Shown here piece after piece: positions 10,735 through 21,175 of a stretch of 64,000 bases of DNA. Numbering within the stretch: position 1 is the stretch's first letter; each line of letters opens with the position of its first letter. The stretch lies in the IMG/VR virus record IMGVR_UViG_3300045952_000362, positions 628 through 64,627 of that record. One strand, given 5' to 3'. The position numbers were made by a program, and so were the translations under genes. The DNA comes from a virus (taxonomy: Duplodnaviria > Caudoviricetes). The notes under the pieces are model-generated. The model worked only from the letters and a program-made list of their open reading frames with translations, did no database searches and had not been told where the DNA came from.

Positions 10735-10903
10735 TAATGCGTCGGTATTGCACGAACTGCCGCGAACGCCTCACCCTACCCAGCCGATTTCGACGGCTCT
10801 GCCCGACCTGTCGGCGGCCGTTTAACCGGGGCGCACTGGTGGCGTCCCTCGTGTACCTCGTCGCGACCCTCGTAAAACTGCTTATTTCCTTTGGAGGCCC
10901 CCA

Positions 10904-11275
10904 GTGAAGAGACTCTGTATCGCCGTCCTCGCCGTGTGCATCGCTGTTTTGCCCCTTGCCGGGTGTTCCATGTTCGATCGCGACGGCGACAACAACCCTG
11001 TGACACCCACCCAGCCGGGGTTGCAGCTGCCCGTTGTCATCAAATTCGAAGCCGAGAGCGCCACCGTGAAAGTGAATACGTGCACCACGCTGCGCTGGGA
11101 GACGTTGTACGCCGTCACCGCGAACATTACACCCAACATCGGCAACGTCGGTCCGGCCGGGAGTCGGCAGGTGTGTTTCTCCACCACCGGGCTGAATCAA
11201 TACACCTTAACGTTGACCGGCAGTGACGGCCGACAACCACCGCCCTCATTTGCGAGTGTCCTCGTCACACCGTAG
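10904..11275 (+). CDS. Lipoprotein with Ig/PKD-like beta domain
   Basis: Signal peptide with lipobox LAGC; TTLRWET..YTLTLTG beta pattern. Confidence 0.7.
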   Translation: MKRLCIAVLAVCIAVLPLAGCSMFDRDGDNNPVTPTQPGLQLPVVIKFEAESATVKVNTCTTLRWETLYAVTANITPNIGNVGPAGSRQVCFSTTGLNQYTLTLTGSDGRQPPPSFASVLVTP

Positions 11276-11301
11276 CTCGAACGAAGGAAAGGAAGGCCCC
11301 G

Positions 11302-11739
11302 GTGAATCTGTTCAAGCGATTCAAGCGGGATCTGTACGATGAGATTCGTTTGCTCGTCGCACAGGCCATCGCCGCAGAGCGAGAGAAGCAGGTCATTGCT
11401 CTGCTGCGCGAATGTAAAGACCTGCTGTTGCAGATTAAGAAACAAGGAGAGACCCTCATGTCACAGAACGATCAGCTGAAGGCCGCGTTGCAGAAGATCG
11501 ACGCCGCCACCAACAGCATTGCCACTTCCGTCACGAGCACTGCCGAGGCGACGACCAACATCGCGGGCGATCTCAAGACGCTGAAGGAAAAGCTCGAGGC
11601 CGCCGGTGGCGTCGATCAGGCCGTGCTCGACTCACTGGACGCCTCGGCGTCGCAGCTCGAGCAGAACGCCGCAGTGCTCGCCGAAGCAGCCAACACGCTG
11701 CAGGGCATCGCTGCGGAAACGCCGGAAGACCAGGCGTAG
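11302..11739 (+). CDS. Coiled-coil protein (internal start at 11458)
   Basis: Heptad-rich; second RBS AGGAGA before ATG 11458. Confidence 0.65.
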   Translation: MNLFKRFKRDLYDEIRLLVAQAIAAEREKQVIALLRECKDLLLQIKKQGETLMSQNDQLKAALQKIDAATNSIATSVTSTAEATTNIAGDLKTLKEKLEAAGGVDQAVLDSLDASASQLEQNAAVLAEAANTLQGIAAETPEDQA

Positions 11740-11744
11740 CGAGG

Positions 11745-11759
11745 TCTGCCTTCGGGCAG
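11745..11759 (+). terminator. cUUCGg hairpin after coiled-coil gene
   Basis: CTGCC-TTCG-GGCAG; no clear U tract. Confidence 0.4.
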
Positions 11760-11835
11760 TCGGGTGGGCCCTGGCCAGTCGGCCGTGTCCAACGTCACCG
11801 TTGGCTGGGGCCACCATCTTCTGGGAGACGAGGCA

Positions 11836-12743
11836 ATGAAAAGCGTGTGCGGGTTCGTGATGCTCGTGTTCATTCTTGTGACCGTGGTTGCGGGACCGGA
11901 GTTGTCCGCGATGATGCAGCGACGTTCGGTCACCGTCGCTACCATTGGCACGTCCAGTCAGGCGATCTCGGTCGCGGCTGCAGATGTGCTTCTGTACAAC
12001 AACGACGGCAAGATGCTGTTCACCCCCAGCATCCCCGGCAACTACATGCTCTGCATCAATGTACGTCCGGTGCCGACGAACGCTGCTCGTGTTGATGACC
12101 CGCCCATCGTCCCTGTCGAACGATGCGCCAGTGTCGGATGGCTTCGATCGACACTTGAACGTGGCGCTGGAGGCTTCTGATGAAGACACTCGTTCGTGTG
12201 CTCGTGATTCTTGGATTGGCCCTATGGCCGTCCGTTGCGTTCGGTCAGTCGATGGTGTACGCTCGTGGTATCGACGCGGCCGGTACGTGGTTCCGTTTCG
12301 ATACGGACCATTGGACGTCGGTCGGCACCGCTGAACCAGCTTGCCCCGCCACACTGTCGTGTCCGTCTGGCACGTCCATCGTCGCCGGTGATGGGGCGAT
12401 CTGGTCCATCGATGCGTCCTTCAAATTGCTACGCAACGGAACGCCGATGGCGAACGGGGAAGGCAACTTCCTTAAGTTAGTTCCCCCGGCGTCGTGTCAA
12501 TGGTACTGGGACGGCAGTAAGTGGGTCGCGAACTTCGTGCCGTGCGCGGCCCCCGGCATTCCCGTGCTGAATGCGACGGCCACGACTTCGCCGGTATCGT
12601 TTGCCACCTGTCCTGCGAAGATCACGACGGTGTTGCTGCCGAATGCTTCGACAGGCGCATATCGATTCACGGTTGAGATGCCAACCGGCTGCATGATCAT
12701 CAACAGTACGTCGTTGAACAAGCCTGTTGAGATCAAGAAATAG
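11836..12743 (+). CDS. Two exported hypothetical proteins (11836-12180, 12180-12743)
   Basis: Both begin with signal-peptide-like sequences; the second is Cys-rich. Confidence 0.6.
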
Positions 12744-12745
12744 CG

Positions 12746-13381
12746 ATGGAGCAAACCATATTCCAAGGGTTGGGGCTGCTCCTCGGCACGGGATGCCTGG
12801 GAGCATTGATCCGCATCGCGATTCTTGCGGGCCGGTACATGCAGCGACTGGAAGAGGTGGAGAAGGACATCAAAGAAGTGAAGGATACCGTGAACAGTCT
12901 GGGCAATCGGTTCAATCAGGTGGTTCGCGCTGCGCAAATTCCGGCCGAGATGATGGCGAAGAAAATCAGCGACGCCATCCTGTCACACGCGGCGTGGATG
13001 GGTCCGATGCTACTGCCGTTCTTCGGTATGTACGGATTGCATCCCGACGTGCCGCATCTCCGGGAACTGCCGGTGTTGGCGACGTCACGTCCAACTCCCG
13101 TCGTGGTGACGCGGTCCATGCTCGCGCGAAAACCGAGAGGCGTGGGCGTCCCGACGCGTGGTGAGTCGATCGAACCGGTGAAGACCGCGGTGTTCGCGTT
13201 CATTCAGGAAGGGCCGCGCAGCACGAAATCAATTTACGCACTACCCTTCCCGTACACACGCATCTCGTACGCGATCCGACTGCTGTCGGAGAGTCGCGCG
13301 ATCGAACCGACGAACGCGTGGGACCAGGGCATGTTCGTGCGTGCGTACCAAGTGAAAGCACAGGCAGCAGCCGCCTCATGA
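12746..13381 (+). CDS. Membrane protein with coiled coil and possible C-terminal winged helix
   Basis: TM segment, RLEEVEKDIKEVKD coiled coil, C-terminal AVFAFIQEGPRSTKSI..ISYAIRLLSESRAIE. Confidence 0.55.
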   Translation: MEQTIFQGLGLLLGTGCLGALIRIAILAGRYMQRLEEVEKDIKEVKDTVNSLGNRFNQVVRAAQIPAEMMAKKISDAILSHAAWMGPMLLPFFGMYGLHPDVPHLRELPVLATSRPTPVVVTRSMLARKPRGVGVPTRGESIEPVKTAVFAFIQEGPRSTKSIYALPFPYTRISYAIRLLSESRAIEPTNAWDQGMFVRAYQVKAQAAAAS

Positions 13382-14745
13382 TTCACCCCCAGATCCTCGC
13401 CCGCGTCCCGCAGGGCCAATCGCCGATCCTGATGATAGCTAAAGGACTCGGCCAGGATCGCTTGGACAAGTTCATCTCGTCCCTCACCGGCGTGGAAGCG
13501 ATGCTGCTGCGCTACGAATGGGACTTGTATGCGCGTCCAGCCCAGCGCCCGCCCGAGGGCAAGTGGGATACGTGGGTCATTATGGCCGGTCGCGGGTTCG
13601 GCAAGACCCGACCGGGGGCCGAGCAGTGCAAGATTTGGGCGGAGGAGCTCGGCAAGGACTACGGCGGGGGCCACATTGGGCTCATCGCGAAGGACCCGCA
13701 GGACGCCCGCGACGTCATGATTGAAGGTGAAAGCGGCATCCTGGCGTGCTCGCCTCCGTGGTTTCGACCGACCTACGAGCCTTCGAAACGCCTACTGACA
13801 TGGCCGAACGGGGTCATCGCGCACACGTACTCGGCGGAAACGCCCGATGACCTGCGCGGCCCGCAACACCACAAGCTGTGGGGTGACGAACCCTGCAAAT
13901 GGAAGCACGGGCAGGACACGTGGGATATGGCGGAGCTGGGACTGCGGCTTGGTCACAATCCGCAAGCGCTGTTAACCACAACTCCACGGCCCGTGCCCTT
14001 TTTGATTGCGCTGCTGAAAGAGCCCGGCACGCGTGTGACGACCGGCAGTACGTACGAGAACCAAGCGAACCTGTCGAAGAAGTTCATCAAGAAGATCATA
14101 CGCAAGTACGAGGGCACGCGTCTCGGCCGACAGGAGCTGCATGCCGAGATGTTGACGGACACACCGGGCGCGCTGTGGACGTTGGACCTCATCGAATCGT
14201 TGCGTGTGCAAAAGATGCCGTGCGAACTGGTCACTGCCATCATTGCCATCGATCCTGCCGGCGTTGCGCCGAAGGACGAAGAGGCCGAGGATGACGAGAT
14301 GGCAGAAACCGGTATGGTGTACGGAGGCAAGGGCGAAGACGGGCATCTGTACGTCTGCGGCGACATCTCCGATCAGCTCTCTCCAGCGAAGTGGGGTCGC
14401 AAGGCCGTCTCGTTCTATGAGACGTTGAAGATGGACCGGATCATCGCAGAGACGAACAACGGTGGCGACATGGTGGAACACGTCGTGCGCACCGCGGCGG
14501 AGCACCTCGATATCGAGATTTCGTTCAGAAAAATCACGGCGAGCCGGGGCAAGCACACACGCGCAGAACCGGTAGCGGCGTTGTACGAACAGCGACGGGC
14601 GCATCACGTAGGGTTGATGCCGGACTTGGAAGACCAGATGACGACGTGGGTCCCGGGTGATAAGTCGCCGGACCGTATGGACGCACTGGTGTGGCTGGGG
14701 ACAGAGGCGATGCTGCTGTCTCCGGACGATGAATACTTCGCGTAA
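13378..14745 (+). CDS. terL: Terminase large subunit
   Basis: Walker A AGRGFGKT, LRGPQHHKLWGDE Walker B, TTTPRP motif, nuclease AIDPA..ETG and SPDRMDALVW. Confidence 0.96.
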   Translation: MIHPQILARVPQGQSPILMIAKGLGQDRLDKFISSLTGVEAMLLRYEWDLYARPAQRPPEGKWDTWVIMAGRGFGKTRPGAEQCKIWAEELGKDYGGGHIGLIAKDPQDARDVMIEGESGILACSPPWFRPTYEPSKRLLTWPNGVIAHTYSAETPDDLRGPQHHKLWGDEPCKWKHGQDTWDMAELGLRLGHNPQALLTTTPRPVPFLIALLKEPGTRVTTGSTYENQANLSKKFIKKIIRKYEGTRLGRQELHAEMLTDTPGALWTLDLIESLRVQKMPCELVTAIIAIDPAGVAPKDEEAEDDEMAETGMVYGGKGEDGHLYVCGDISDQLSPAKWGRKAVSFYETLKMDRIIAETNNGGDMVEHVVRTAAEHLDIEISFRKITASRGKHTRAEPVAALYEQRRAHHVGLMPDLEDQMTTWVPGDKSPDRMDALVWLGTEAMLLSPDDEYFA

Positions 14746-14758
14746 GCGGGAGGCGAGA

Positions 14759-16171
14759 GTGGGACTTCGTAAAGCAATCGGCGACGTTGCGTTCAAGGCC
14801 GCGTTGTCGGTCATGCAGAAGACCGTCAGCGATCGGATGACGGACACGCAGCTCGTTCAGTTCCTGTTCGGTCAGTCGACCAGCTTGCCGCGACCAGGAA
14901 CGGGCGCGCTACTTGGAATGTACTCGACCAGCCCATGGCTTCGCGCCGTGACACAGCGAACCAGCTGGGCGGTGTCGGCGGTGCCGTGGACTTTGTCCGT
15001 AGTGACCTCGAAGGAACCGGACAAGCGAGGCAAAGCGGTTCGGCATCGCATGTTGGCCCGTTGCATGGACCCGCAGACGCGTGTCAAGATGTACAAGTCG
15101 TTGCGACGCGACGACTCGCTGCGTGAACTGACGGACCATCCGGCGCTTGCGCTGATGGACGACGGCAATTCCAAGTTCGCCGGGCAAACAGTTCGCTCCA
15201 TCACCCAGCAGCACTTGGACTTGGTGGGTGAAACCTTCTGGATCATGGACCGCAACGGGCTCGGTTTGCCGTCAGCGATCTGGCCCGCCCCGCCTACGTG
15301 GTGCGCGACGCGGCCGCTGGAGGGGTTGAACCCCAGTCCATACAACCCGAAGTACTACGTCTTCACGAGCCCTACGGGCTCTCGAGAGGTGCTGGCGGAG
15401 GATGTGATTCGGTTCTACCATCCGGACCCGCAGGATCCGTACAACCGCGCGAGCGGTATCGGCCACGTGCTGGGCGACGAACTGGAGACAGACGAGTTCG
15501 CTGCCAAGTATACGAAGCGCTGGTTCAAGAACAACGCCATCCCGCCGATGATCGTGTCTCTCAAAGATACGAAGAAGGACAACGTTGAACGGTACGAAGA
15601 CGCGTGGATGAAGAAGTTGTCCGGGCGGCCGAACGTTCCGTTCTTCACGAACCGCGAAGTCACCGTCGAGCAGTTGAACCAAACGTTCCAGCAGATGGAG
15701 CTCACGCAGTTGCGCAAGGACGAGCGCGATGCGATCATCCATGTGTTCGGTGCGCCTCCGGAAATCTTCGGCATCATCGAGAACTCGAATCGCAGCACGA
15801 TCGATGCCGCCGACTATCTGTTCGCGAAGTACGTGGTGGTGCCGCGCCTCGAGTTCTTGCGCATCACCCTCCAGAAGCATCTGATCGAACGGTACGACGA
15901 TCGGTTGATACTGGACTACGTGAGTCCAATCGTGGAAGACAAGGAGTTCAATCTGAAGGTGGTGCAAGCCGCATCGGCCGCCTTCGAAGTCGATTACATT
16001 CGGGAGCTCGGCGGGGCCGGTCCCGACAAGCAGGGTGCAGGACAAGGACGTTTGGTGCCGCTGGGAACCACATGGGTGCCTTCGCTCACAGAGCTGGCGC
16101 CACCGGAAGAAAGCGAACCGACGGACCGACCTGCACCCGTCCTCGAGGGCGACGATGCCGACGATGAGTAA
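14759..16171 (+). CDS. Portal protein (HK97-like)
   Basis: HLDLVGETFW, WFKNNAIPP, AIIHVFGAPPEIFG motifs; follows terL. Confidence 0.92.
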   Translation: MGLRKAIGDVAFKAALSVMQKTVSDRMTDTQLVQFLFGQSTSLPRPGTGALLGMYSTSPWLRAVTQRTSWAVSAVPWTLSVVTSKEPDKRGKAVRHRMLARCMDPQTRVKMYKSLRRDDSLRELTDHPALALMDDGNSKFAGQTVRSITQQHLDLVGETFWIMDRNGLGLPSAIWPAPPTWCATRPLEGLNPSPYNPKYYVFTSPTGSREVLAEDVIRFYHPDPQDPYNRASGIGHVLGDELETDEFAAKYTKRWFKNNAIPPMIVSLKDTKKDNVERYEDAWMKKLSGRPNVPFFTNREVTVEQLNQTFQQMELTQLRKDERDAIIHVFGAPPEIFGIIENSNRSTIDAADYLFAKYVVVPRLEFLRITLQKHLIERYDDRLILDYVSPIVEDKEFNLKVVQAASAAFEVDYIRELGGAGPDKQGAGQGRLVPLGTTWVPSLTELAPPEESEPTDRPAPVLEGDDADDE

Positions 16172-16916
16172 GCGTTCCATCCCGTCGATCGTGTCGAAGA
16201 TTCGGCCTACGCAGTTAACACGGCGGTACAACCCGCTGATGGCCGATATCGTGACCACGTTCGGGAAACGCGCCATGGCAACGGTCGGCAGCGAGGACGT
16301 CTTTCGCGTCAATCGCCGTGTCTCGAATTTCATTCGAGCGCAGCAGGGCGCACTCATTCGCGTGAATCGAACCACGCAAAAGCGCATCGGCAACTTGATT
16401 GCGCAGAAAGTGGAAGCCGGGCACTCGGTGGACCAGATCGCACGGGCAGTGAAGGAACGGTTCATCGAGATGTCACAGGGACGGGCGGACACCATCGCCC
16501 GTACGGCAACGACCGAGGGGTCGAGTTTCGCATCCGTGGAAGGCTATCGACAGGCGGGCGTGGAAGAAAAGGAGTGGCTGACGACAGTGAGCGGCGACTC
16601 TCGAGCATCGCATGTGGCGATGGACGGACAGATTGTGGGCATCACGGAGAACTTTGAATCGGGCGACGGAGGCACGGCCCCGTACCCGGGAGGGTTTGGC
16701 GATCCGAGCGAGGACTGCAACTGCGAATGTGCAGTACTGCCGGTGGTAAGTGAGAAACGACTCAGCTCTCGTGCAATGATCTTGAAAGCGTTCGAGCGGT
16801 TGCGCGCCCCGCACAGACGTGCGATGCGTTCGGCCATGGGCAAAGCGTTTGCTGCGCAGAGCGACGCGGTGGTGGCAGCAATACGGGAATACGACGACGT
16901 GGCCGAGGCCGCGTAA
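16155..16916 (+). CDS. Head morphogenesis protein (SPP1 gp7/Mu F-like)
   Basis: RADTIART, KEWLT..DSRASHVAMDGQ, PG..NCEC. Confidence 0.9.
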   Translation: MPTMSKRSIPSIVSKIRPTQLTRRYNPLMADIVTTFGKRAMATVGSEDVFRVNRRVSNFIRAQQGALIRVNRTTQKRIGNLIAQKVEAGHSVDQIARAVKERFIEMSQGRADTIARTATTEGSSFASVEGYRQAGVEEKEWLTTVSGDSRASHVAMDGQIVGITENFESGDGGTAPYPGGFGDPSEDCNCECAVLPVVSEKRLSSRAMILKAFERLRAPHRRAMRSAMGKAFAAQSDAVVAAIREYDDVAEAA

Positions 16917-16929
16917 GAGAAGGGACGGT

Positions 16930-18129
16930 ATGACGAGGACCGCAGAACGAAATTACATGAGTCCGGAGGGGTTCTCGAAACTCCTTCAGGCTGTCAAGGG
17001 TGATGTGACGCAGGTGGACACGTCCACACTGGCGATCCTGTGCCCCGTGCGCTCAGAAATCAAAGCGCTCGGGGGCGAGAACAGCCGCCTGATTGAGTTC
17101 GTCATCACCAGCGATCGAGTCGATCGGGAGCAGGACACGCTCGCGCCCGACGGTTGGGAGACCGAAGACTACCAGAAGAATCCGGTAGTGCTGTGGGCGC
17201 ACGACCACTACTGCCCGCCCGTGGGTCGCAGCGTGTCGTTGTCGAAGAGCGGTAGTCTGATCAAGAGTATCTGCGAGTTCACACCGCAGGATCTCAACCC
17301 GTTCGGCTACATGATCTACCAGATGTACGTTCAGAAGTTCATGAGTGCGGTGTCGGTCGGCTTTCAGCCGATCGAGTACACGTACGCTGCTGACCGTAAG
17401 TACGGCATCAACTACATTCGGCAGGGGCTGCTCGAATACTCGACAGTGCCCGTGCCGGCGAATCCGGACGCCCTCGCCGTCGCGCGAAGCAAGGGCATCG
17501 ACACGGCACCGCTGCGGTCGTGGGCGGAATCGATTCTCGACAGCAGCAACAAGAAAGAGCTCGGCGACGAAGCACGGCGTCGGCTCGAGGTACTACGGGC
17601 GGCATCGTCGCCCAGTGGCCGTGCGCTTATCCTGGAACTGGGAGAGATGAAGATGACAGGGACGGACACGAAAGACAAGCCGACCACGTCTGATGCGCCC
17701 CCGGCTCCCGCGTCTCCCGTCAAATCGGTGCAGCGTTGGGAGTGTGGAACGGAAGGGCATCTGCACAACTCTGAGGAGGATGCGAAGTCATGCAGCAACC
17801 TCGGAGACGAGATCGAGACTCTGTGCAAGCAGGGACTCAGGATCGCCGAGTTCGTTAAGATGGGACGACTCCTGAACGACGACCAGAAGAAAAAGGTCAA
17901 GGAGGTCCTCGACAGTTTGTCACCGGCCCCGGCTCCCCCGGCGGCCCCAACGAAGGAGGATGCACCAGCGACGGAAGAATCCGGCGTCTTCGAAACGGAA
18001 GCAGAAGGCGACGACGACAACGAGAACGAGAAGGGCTTCGAGCTCGAGATGACCGAAGAGGCCCTGACTGCCGCTGTCACCGCAGCGGTCACCGAGGGAC
18101 TGAACAAAGTGACAGGGCGCGTGGACTAG
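16930..18129 (+). CDS. HK97-type prohead protease with C-terminal extension
   Basis: VDREQD, YQKNPVVLWAHD, AVSVGF, LLEYSTVPVPANPDAL. Confidence 0.92.
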   Translation: MTRTAERNYMSPEGFSKLLQAVKGDVTQVDTSTLAILCPVRSEIKALGGENSRLIEFVITSDRVDREQDTLAPDGWETEDYQKNPVVLWAHDHYCPPVGRSVSLSKSGSLIKSICEFTPQDLNPFGYMIYQMYVQKFMSAVSVGFQPIEYTYAADRKYGINYIRQGLLEYSTVPVPANPDALAVARSKGIDTAPLRSWAESILDSSNKKELGDEARRRLEVLRAASSPSGRALILELGEMKMTGTDTKDKPTTSDAPPAPASPVKSVQRWECGTEGHLHNSEEDAKSCSNLGDEIETLCKQGLRIAEFVKMGRLLNDDQKKKVKEVLDSLSPAPAPPAAPTKEDAPATEESGVFETEAEGDDDNENEKGFELEMTEEALTAAVTAAVTEGLNKVTGRVD

Positions 18130-18176
18130 TCGTCCGTCGGCCCACAACGTAAGTGTTACGAAGGAGCGAACGAATC

Positions 18177-19427
18177 ATGTCCGAGACTGACAAGAACAAG
18201 AAGTCATGGACGCCGGACCAGCTGGTCGCAAAGATCAAGGAAGTCTGTGGCGTCGTCGTGGCGGAGCGACTGGAAACTCTCCAGAAGACCGTCACGGATC
18301 ACGGCCAGTGGATCAGCGGGGCCAGCAGCCATGGCAACCCGCGCATCTCGCTGGCCACCACGAACGATATGAAGGGACTCCTCACGGGCGGTATCGTGAC
18401 GTCTCTTGCGCTCGCGCGTGGCAATGCCAAGGATGCGCTTGACAACGAGAAGAAGCGCTACAACACGGACAAGTCCGAGCACCAGGCTTCGATCATCAAG
18501 GCACTCGAATCGAGCACTGGCACTGCCGGCGGTTTCCTCATCCCCGAGGAATACTCGTCGGACTTCATCGACCTGCTGACGCCTCGTGCGGTCGTGCGTT
18601 CGTTCGGCACCACGGTGCTCCCGATGTCCTCGGGCAGCATGATTGTGCCGAAGCTGACCGCCGCGAGCTCCGCGTACTACATCGGAGAGTCGCAGCAGCC
18701 GACGAAGAGCCAGCCGTCGTTCGGCATCAAGCGGTTGAACGCCCGCAAGCTCGGGGTGCTCGTGCCGCTGTCGAACGACCTGATCCGTCGGGGCGGCCCG
18801 CGTGTCGCCACGGTGGTCCGCAACGACGCACTGCGCTCAGCGTCGCTGAAGGAGGACGTCTCGTTCATCCGCGCACAGGGTACCGACTACACCCCGAAGG
18901 GTCTGCGGTATCAGGCGGCTGCGGCGAACATCCTCACCAGCACGGGCGGTGGCACGTACGATCTGGACTCCGTCACCACGGACCTCGGTCGGATGGTGCT
19001 GGCGCTCGAGGAAGCGAACGTCGCGTTCTCGAACCCCGGCTGGATCTTCTCACCGCGCATCGCGATGTTCCTCTTCACGCTGCGTGACGGGCTCGGCAAC
19101 TACGTCTTCCGGGCGGAGATGTCCACCGGCAAGTTCTGGGGCTACCCGTTCAAGAAGACCACGCAGATCCCGACGAACCTCGGGGACGGCAGCGACAGCG
19201 AGATCTACCTCGCGGACTTCGACGATGTGATCATCGGCGACACGCTGCAGATTCAGGTGGCCGTCTCGGAAGAGGCGACCTACGTGAACGAGAACAACGA
19301 GACCGTCTCCGCGTTCGCGCTCGACCAGACGGTCATGCGTCTCCTGATGGAACACGACATCGTGCTGCGGCACGACGAGTCGGTCGCCGTCATGACCGCG
19401 CCGTGGGCACCGGGAGGCGCCAGCTAG
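18177..19427 (+). CDS. Major capsid protein (HK97 fold)
   Basis: GTAGGFLIPEE, ARKLGVLVPLSNDLI, FWGYPFKKTTQIP, IYLADF. Confidence 0.95.
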   Translation: MSETDKNKKSWTPDQLVAKIKEVCGVVVAERLETLQKTVTDHGQWISGASSHGNPRISLATTNDMKGLLTGGIVTSLALARGNAKDALDNEKKRYNTDKSEHQASIIKALESSTGTAGGFLIPEEYSSDFIDLLTPRAVVRSFGTTVLPMSSGSMIVPKLTAASSAYYIGESQQPTKSQPSFGIKRLNARKLGVLVPLSNDLIRRGGPRVATVVRNDALRSASLKEDVSFIRAQGTDYTPKGLRYQAAAANILTSTGGGTYDLDSVTTDLGRMVLALEEANVAFSNPGWIFSPRIAMFLFTLRDGLGNYVFRAEMSTGKFWGYPFKKTTQIPTNLGDGSDSEIYLADFDDVIIGDTLQIQVAVSEEATYVNENNETVSAFALDQTVMRLLMEHDIVLRHDESVAVMTAPWAPGGAS

Positions 19428-19482
19428 TCGCTGGCTCTTCTTCAACCATCAACGAAAGTCGGAAGGAAGGGAGTAGAGAACC

Positions 19483-19947
19483 ATGCTCGGAACGAACATT
19501 GGAGCCTACGTCACCAGTCGCTTCGCTCTCCAGCGAACGGCACTGGGCGCGGGCGCAGGTGGCAACATTGGCGCCACCGACGGTACGGCTTTCCAGCGTA
19601 CCGCGGTGCGTCCGTTGCACATCAGCACGAAGGTCGTCGTGGGGTACAAGACCACGCTGGCCTCGGGCAATACGCTCACGCTGACGGCGCAGCTGAAGGA
19701 TTCACCGGACGGGATCACGTACTCGAACTTCGGAGCTTCGGCTTCGTCGGTCGTGACGGGTCTCGGCGGTGGCCCGCAGCAGGTCGGTACGCTGGAGCTC
19801 GACGTCAATCTGATGGGGGCGGACAAGTACATTCGTCCGACCGTCACGCCCGTGCTGTCGGCATCGGGTGTGGACACGGCCGAGATCTTCGGCGTGTACA
19901 TCCTGGGTGGCGGCGAAACGGTTCCGCCGACGGAGTCCGCGCAGTAG
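19483..19947 (+). CDS. Probable capsid decoration/cement protein
   Basis: Immediately after MCP; beta-rich, LKDSPDGITYSNF and KYIRPTVT. Confidence 0.65.
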   Translation: MLGTNIGAYVTSRFALQRTALGAGAGGNIGATDGTAFQRTAVRPLHISTKVVVGYKTTLASGNTLTLTAQLKDSPDGITYSNFGASASSVVTGLGGGPQQVGTLELDVNLMGADKYIRPTVTPVLSASGVDTAEIFGVYILGGGETVPPTESAQ

Positions 19948-19980
19948 TCGCGCTGGCTCCTGAATGAGGCGAACAAACGT

Positions 19981-20058
19981 GTGGGTGCGACACCATGAGG
20001 GTCCTGCTGGATCACCGGCGACGGTGGGCCTCCCCAGCATGGGGGTGTCGCACCCCAC
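19981..20058 (+). promoter_or_regulatory. Structured leader upstream of the glycosylation operon
   Basis: GTGGGTGCGACACC 19981-19994 pairs with GGTGTCGCACCCCAC 20044-20058, enclosing a TGCTGG/CCAGCA stem and ACCG-GCGA-CGGT GNRA hairpin. Confidence 0.5.
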
Positions 20059-20083
20059 GGCTCTTCTTCCCTCGGAGGAGCAA

Positions 20084-21175
20084 GTGATAAAAGTATCTGA
20101 TGTGACGATGTTCGGAAATGAACTCCGCTACGTAACGGAGGCCGTCCGCGAAGGATCGGTCTCATGGCACGGGCGGTTCGTACGTGAATTTGAAACGGCG
20201 TTCGCGCAGTACGTCGGGAGCAAGCATGCGCTGGCGTGCTGCAATGGAACTGCGGCGTTGCACCTCGCGCTCGAAGCGGCCGGTATCGGCCCCGGCGACG
20301 AGGTCATCGTACCGGTCTTGACCTACGTGGCTACGGCTAATGCGGTGCGCCACGCCGGGGCGCGTCCAGTGTTCGTCGATGTGGACCCCACCACGTGGTG
20401 CATGAATGTGGACGAGGCCGACCGGGCGATCACGTCGCGCACCAAAGCGATCCTGCCGGTGCAACTCTACGGCCACTGGCCCGACATGGGGCTGCTGCAA
20501 CACATCTGTAAGCGTCGCCAGTTGATGCTGATCGAAGATGCGGCCGAAGCACTAACCGCGCATTGGAAGAGCCAACATGCCGGCACATTCGGTATCGCCG
20601 GGGCCTTCAGCTTCTTCGCTAACAAAACAATCACGTGTGGCGAAGGTGGCATGGTCGTGACGAACAGCGACGGCGTGGCCGATACGGTGCGTCGCCTCCG
20701 GGCCCACGGCATGGAGCAGTCCATCCACCAGTACTATCACGATCGGCTCGGCTACAACTATCGTATGACGAACCTGCAAGCGGCCGTTGGGCTCGCGCAG
20801 CTGGAGACGTTGCCGGTGTTGCAGTCGCGTCGGGTCGAAGTGGTGCACTACTATCGAACGCACCTGAGCGAATTCGAGCAGCAGTGGTCGTCGGTCACGG
20901 CGATCCCGAGCAATTGGATGTTTACAGTATTGGTACCGAAAGGGGTTTCAGTTACGGATGTGCGGGCGCGGATGGCAGAGGATGGCGTGGAGACCCGTCC
21001 TTCGTTCTTGCCATTGAGCACGTTGCCCATGTACTCCGATTCGCTACGGTCGTTCCCGGTAGCGTCGGATATCTCGAACAGGGGACTCTGCCTGCCAACC
21101 CACGCAGGTTTGACCGTCGCGATGCTGGCGCACGTCGAGACGTCGTTTCGCAAGGCGCTACAGGAGGCCGCATGA
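20084..21175 (+). CDS. DegT/DnrJ/EryC1/StrS sugar aminotransferase (perosamine synthase-like)
   Basis: CNGTAALHLAL, IEDAAEA, FSFFANKTITCGEGGM, GYNYRMTNLQAAVG; RBS GGAGGAG before GTG. Confidence 0.95.
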   Translation: MIKVSDVTMFGNELRYVTEAVREGSVSWHGRFVREFETAFAQYVGSKHALACCNGTAALHLALEAAGIGPGDEVIVPVLTYVATANAVRHAGARPVFVDVDPTTWCMNVDEADRAITSRTKAILPVQLYGHWPDMGLLQHICKRRQLMLIEDAAEALTAHWKSQHAGTFGIAGAFSFFANKTITCGEGGMVVTNSDGVADTVRRLRAHGMEQSIHQYYHDRLGYNYRMTNLQAAVGLAQLETLPVLQSRRVEVVHYYRTHLSEFEQQWSSVTAIPSNWMFTVLVPKGVSVTDVRARMAEDGVETRPSFLPLSTLPMYSDSLRSFPVASDISNRGLCLPTHAGLTVAMLAHVETSFRKALQEAA

